64,000 nt of DNA, from contig JAOSJO010000001.1 in the NCBI GenBank assembly GCA_027494055.1, forward strand, positions 847,005 to 911,004, written 5' to 3'. The DNA is from Anaerolineae bacterium (GTDB lineage Bacteria > Chloroflexota > Anaerolineae > Aggregatilineales > JAFGMM01). The number at the start of each line of letters is the position of its first letter. Within the stretch, counting starts at the first letter, position 1. Under the pieces are notes generated by a model. It was given only the letters and a program-made list of their open reading frames with translations, ran no database searches and was not told the origin of the DNA. The translations under genes were made by a program, and so were the position numbers. Below, piece by piece: positions 61,084 to 64,000 of this stretch.

Positions 61084-61089
61084 ATTATA
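61084..61089 (-). promoter_or_regulatory. consensus TATAAT -10 box candidate upstream of the response regulator
   Basis: The minus strand reads GCACGCTATAATGC, 63 nt upstream of ATG 61021. No good -35 box. Confidence 0.25.
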
Positions 61090-61128
61090 GCGTGCTTGGC
61101 AGCACGGGGGAAACAGCCCGCTCGCGCG

Positions 61129-61623
61129 CTAGCCGCCGACGCCGGCCAGCAGCATGGCCTCGACTTTGTCCAGCGCCGCGCGCGCTTCGTCCAGGTAACC
61201 CTGGGCGTCGCCGGCGGCCTCAGAGGCCGGGGCAGGCCCGTTGCAGGCGGCGCGCCAGGCATCGGCGGCCCAGTGCAGCCGGTCGATGGCGTGGTTGAGC
61301 TGCGCGACGGCCTGCGCAAGCTGTGGGTGGTCCCGTTCCTCGTTCGGGCGGATCAGGAGGATGTCCGGCGGGTCGGTTGGCGCTGTGCTGCACGGCGCGC
61401 CTTCGCCTGTCTGGAGTTGGCCCCACAGGTCGGCCAGGCTCTGGTGGCTCACGCGCGCGGCGAGCAGGCGCTCCTCCAGTTGGCGGGCGAGCGTGGTCGC
61501 GTCGGCGGCGGGCGCGCCCTGCTGGAAAGCGAGGACGACAACCAGCAGGCCACAGCAGAAGACCGAGACCACCAGCACGGCGGTGCTCAGGATAAAGCAC
61601 GTGCGGAAAGATGATATCTTCAT
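61129..61623 (-). CDS. hypothetical membrane-anchored protein
   Basis: TM helix FILSTAVLVVSVFCCGLLVVVLAF followed by a helical ectodomain with two Cys (..GAPCSTAP.. and ..AWRAACNG..). It is a paralog of the ectodomain of the next gene. Confidence 0.5.
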   Translation of the reverse strand: MKISSFRTCFILSTAVLVVSVFCCGLLVVVLAFQQGAPAADATTLARQLEERLLAARVSHQSLADLWGQLQTGEGAPCSTAPTDPPDILLIRPNEERDHPQLAQAVAQLNHAIDRLHWAADAWRAACNGPAPASEAAGDAQGYLDEARAALDKVEAMLLAGVGG

Positions 61624-61692
61624 CGCTCAGCCGGGGGTGACAGGCCAGCTTCAACTATACATGCAACAAATGCGCGCAGCAAACCCATCCGC

Positions 61693-62545
61693 CTACCCCG
61701 TTTCGGATGGGCTGCCGGCCTGGGCGTCGCCGCGCAGCGCCTCCAGCAGGCGTGTGGCCTCGTCCAGGCGCGCCTGTGCTGTCAGGGCGGCGGCGTACCC
61801 CCGCGTCGCGCACATCATCCGGCACCAGGTAGCGTGGGTTCGCGCACTCCTGCGTCCAGATGTCTATGGCGGCCAGCAGCATCTTCCGCCCCTCGTTGAC
61901 TGCCTGCGCCGGCTGGGCCAGTTCCGGGAGCTGCGCGCCCCGGTCCGCCAGCGCGTATGGCTCCGGCACTTCCGGGAACGGCGCTGCGCACATGACTTCC
62001 TCGCCCTGCCGGAGCGCTCTCCCAGAGGTCGAGCACGGGCAGGCTCGCCGCGCGGAGGCGCGCGACATACGCCAGCGCGTCGTCCACTGCCGCCCGCGTG
62101 ACCGCAGCTTCCCCGGTCGCGCCCGACCCGTTCCGGCGCGCGAGCGTCACCCCCGCGACGGCAATGAGGGCGACGACGACCACGCCGACGCCCGCGAGCG
62201 TCAGCCAGCCCCGCGCGCGGCGCGCCTGGCGAGCCGTCGGCTTTGAGCGCGCGCCGGGCGCGCCTCCGCGCGCGCTGTGCCCGCCGTCTCCGGTCTGTTC
62301 TGGCGCGGGGCGGCGTCGTGGATGGCCTGCCCGACGCGCGCCGCCGCCGCGCGCACGCGCGAGTCGGGGTCGGTGCGGTAGACCGCTGCGAGATGGCGCA
62401 GCGCCCGCCGGTCGCCCAGCCGCCCAAGCTGCGCCACCGCCCGGTACCGGATGCGTGGGTCGGCGTGGCGCAGCGCGCGAAGGGCGCGCTCGAAGTCCCC
62501 TTCGTTGGGGGCCGGGTTGTTCTCTGGCGCAATGCGCTTGACCAT
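61693..62545 (-). CDS. HEAT-like N-terminal domain + TM + ectodomain protein, paralogous to 61129..61623 (several frame breaks)
   Basis: MVKRIAPENN..ALRALRHADPRIRYRAVAQLGRLGDRRALRHLAAVYRTDPDSRVRAAAA.. (HEAT-like), TM helix WLTLAGVGVVVVALIAVAGV, then ..VMCAAPFPEVP..LLAAIDIWTQECANP..LDEATRLLEALRG... Pieced together from ORFs 62201..62617, 61815..62660 and 61655..62068. Confidence 0.45.
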
Positions 62546-62678
62546 GCGCTGTATGATACGGCAAGTTCCCCGAGTTTGAAAGCCCATACATGGGCGGTGA
62601 TGCAACCTTCGGGCCATGCTGTCGGGTTCTGTCGCTGACTCGTTGCATGGCTAAGTCCAAGAGGCAACGCGGATTGGA

Positions 62679-62759
62679 AACACGAAGACACGAAAGGCGC
62701 GAAACATGCGCGCGATTCTAATGCGCCCAATCCTTTCGTGCCTTCGCAGGTTTCGTGTT
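62679..62759. repeat. family-1 palindromic intergenic element (third copy, more diverged)
   Basis: AACACGAAGACACGAAAGG ... CCTTTCGTGCCTTCGCAGGTTTCGTGTT, with inverted CACGAA / TTCGTG arms. Confidence 0.6.
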
Positions 62760-62823
62760 ACGCATCTTTGGTTGCGCCTCTCCGTTCACGGACTTTGTCA
62801 TGCGATCCTGCCGGCTGGAATGT

Positions 62824-62851
62824 TTGCACGCCGGATGTTTTTCCGTACAAT
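62824..62851 (+). promoter_or_regulatory. sigma70-like promoter candidate in the long AT-richer intergenic region
   Basis: TTGCAC (62824-62829), a 16-nt spacer, then TACAAT (62846-62851). The next plus-strand start codon is about 550 nt downstream. Confidence 0.35.
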
Positions 62852-63401
62852 AGAGGCAGTTGAGATTTAAAATTGAGCCGCACCTCTATCTCTCGTTTTC
62901 TCGTTCCGGTACCTGGCGCGCGGTTCGCGCCTGCAAGGTTATGGACCTCAGCCAAAGTTTCCTGTGTGAACATACCCAATCCCTATAATTGCCGGCAGGT
63001 GTGAGAGGAGTTGGACCGCCGCCCTTTTTCACCAGTGAGAGAAAGCGCCTCCAGGCACAATACAGCATCTCAGGATGCGGCCCAGGAAGCGGCAGTTACG
63101 CAAGAGAAGGCCCCCAGCCAAATCCGGCAACACGCTGACTTTGCACCATCTCCGGAGGATTGATTGCTGGCGCCACGCAGAGCACCGCTGTGGCGGTTCC
63201 GCCGTCCGTAAAAGGTTAAAGCTTTGACCACGTGTGATTGCAGTGAAAGGCGCGCTCCCTATGGGGGCTTCGGCGACTGCGCTACGGGGGAGCGTGACGG
63301 CGGGTACGGCATGGCGATTGCTTCCCACGCTCAGGGGGCCAATGGGCGGACTGGTATAGCACTGCCGGCGCCAGACCACGGCGAGTCAGGAAGGCTTGCT
63401 C

Positions 63402-64000
63402 ATGCGCACGCACATCGAAGAAAGAGAAGGTCACCTCCTGAAAGCCCTCACGCAAGTGTGCAGCGCGCTGGCGGCTTGCCTTGGGTTCGTCGCCCTGCTT
63501 GGGTGGATTCTGGCGCTCCCAATTCTCGCCAGCTTTGGCCCAGAACTGATACCAATGGCCCCAAGCACGGCCCTGCTCTTCGGGCTGCTTGGAACTGCAA
63601 TCTTCTTCCGCGCCCGCCTGCCGCCGGGCCGCGCTGTGCGCCGGATGCGCATCGCTGTTGGCTGCCTGTGTGGGCTGGCGGCCCTGGCGCTGTTCGTCCT
63701 CTCATCCCAGGGCGTCTATCTGGAGGCGGAGCGCCTGGGCTTCCCAACCGGGGAGACGGCAAACGGCGCGCCCATTGGACACATGTCGCCGGTGACGGCG
63801 TCTCTCGTTTGCGCTCGCCAGCCTGTCGTTTCTGGTGTCGCCGCCATCGCCATGCCTTCAGCCTCGGTGCGCAAGGGCGGCGCTTGGATTGGCGGGGCTT
63901 GTCATCGCGGTCAACTACGTTCTCGTCCTCGCCTACCTGATTGGACCGCCGCTGCTCTACGGGGGGGTGTTCATCCCGCCGGCGTTGCCCACCAGCCTGG
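63402..64000 (+). CDS. polytopic membrane domain protein, probably the N-terminus of a sensor protein (runs off the right edge)
   Basis: ATG 63402: MRTHIEEREGHLLKALTQVCSALAACLGFVALLGWILALPILASF..LLFGLLGTAIFF..CLCGLAALALFVL... The frame stays open to the window end. The hydrophobic pattern suggests a frame shift near 63795. Confidence 0.4.
   Translation, partial: MRTHIEEREGHLLKALTQVCSALAACLGFVALLGWILALPILASFGPELIPMAPSTALLFGLLGTAIFFRARLPPGRAVRRMRIAVGCLCGLAALALFVLSSQGVYLEAERLGFPTGETANGAPIGHMSPVTASLVCARQPVVSGVAAIAMPSASVRKGGAWIGGACHRGQLRSRPRLPDWTAAALRGGVHPAGVAHQP

Noticed and set aside
63060-63120. SRP-RNA-like GGAAGC motif (CCCAGGAAGCGGCAG)
   Set aside because: It shows only a loose resemblance to the 4.5S domain IV consensus. 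The flanking helix and the GNAR tetraloop context are not present.

Overview
GC-rich bacterial chromosomal window (about two-thirds G+C by eye, not computed). Most of it is core and envelope genes on both strands. These include uvrB, comEC, dnaX-ybaB-recR, tatA, a Liv-type amino-acid ABC transporter, pgpH-ybeY-dgkA, a YqeY-like gene with mtaB, an L,D-transpeptidase and an AI-2E transporter. There are also many secreted or membrane proteins with Pro/Thr-rich linkers and LamG/DUF1080-like jelly-roll domains; this resembles filamentous Chloroflexota, but that is inference only. Unusual content: (1) an IS3-family element nested in the end of an IS5-family element (1802-3922); (2) a four-gene A-B-A'-B' array of GT-C-type membrane glycosyltransferase-like proteins (16833-24674); (3) a membrane-anchored NACHT/HEAT STAND NTPase with a Zn-ribbon partner, next to an orphan CcrM-type adenine methyltransferase; (4) the phosphomutase / DUF3090 / PI-kinase-like trio of unknown function (29048-31044); (5) a secreted protein with three near-identical 393-bp tandem repeats; (6) two dispersed intergenic repeat families. 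I recognised no rRNA, tRNA or CRISPR array. Caveat: by hand count about 25-30 genes are broken by roughly 40 single-base frame shifts, nearly all at short mononucleotide runs. I therefore report whole-gene spans reconstructed across ORF-track fragments. The pattern looks like homopolymer consensus error, but the sequence alone cannot prove that.
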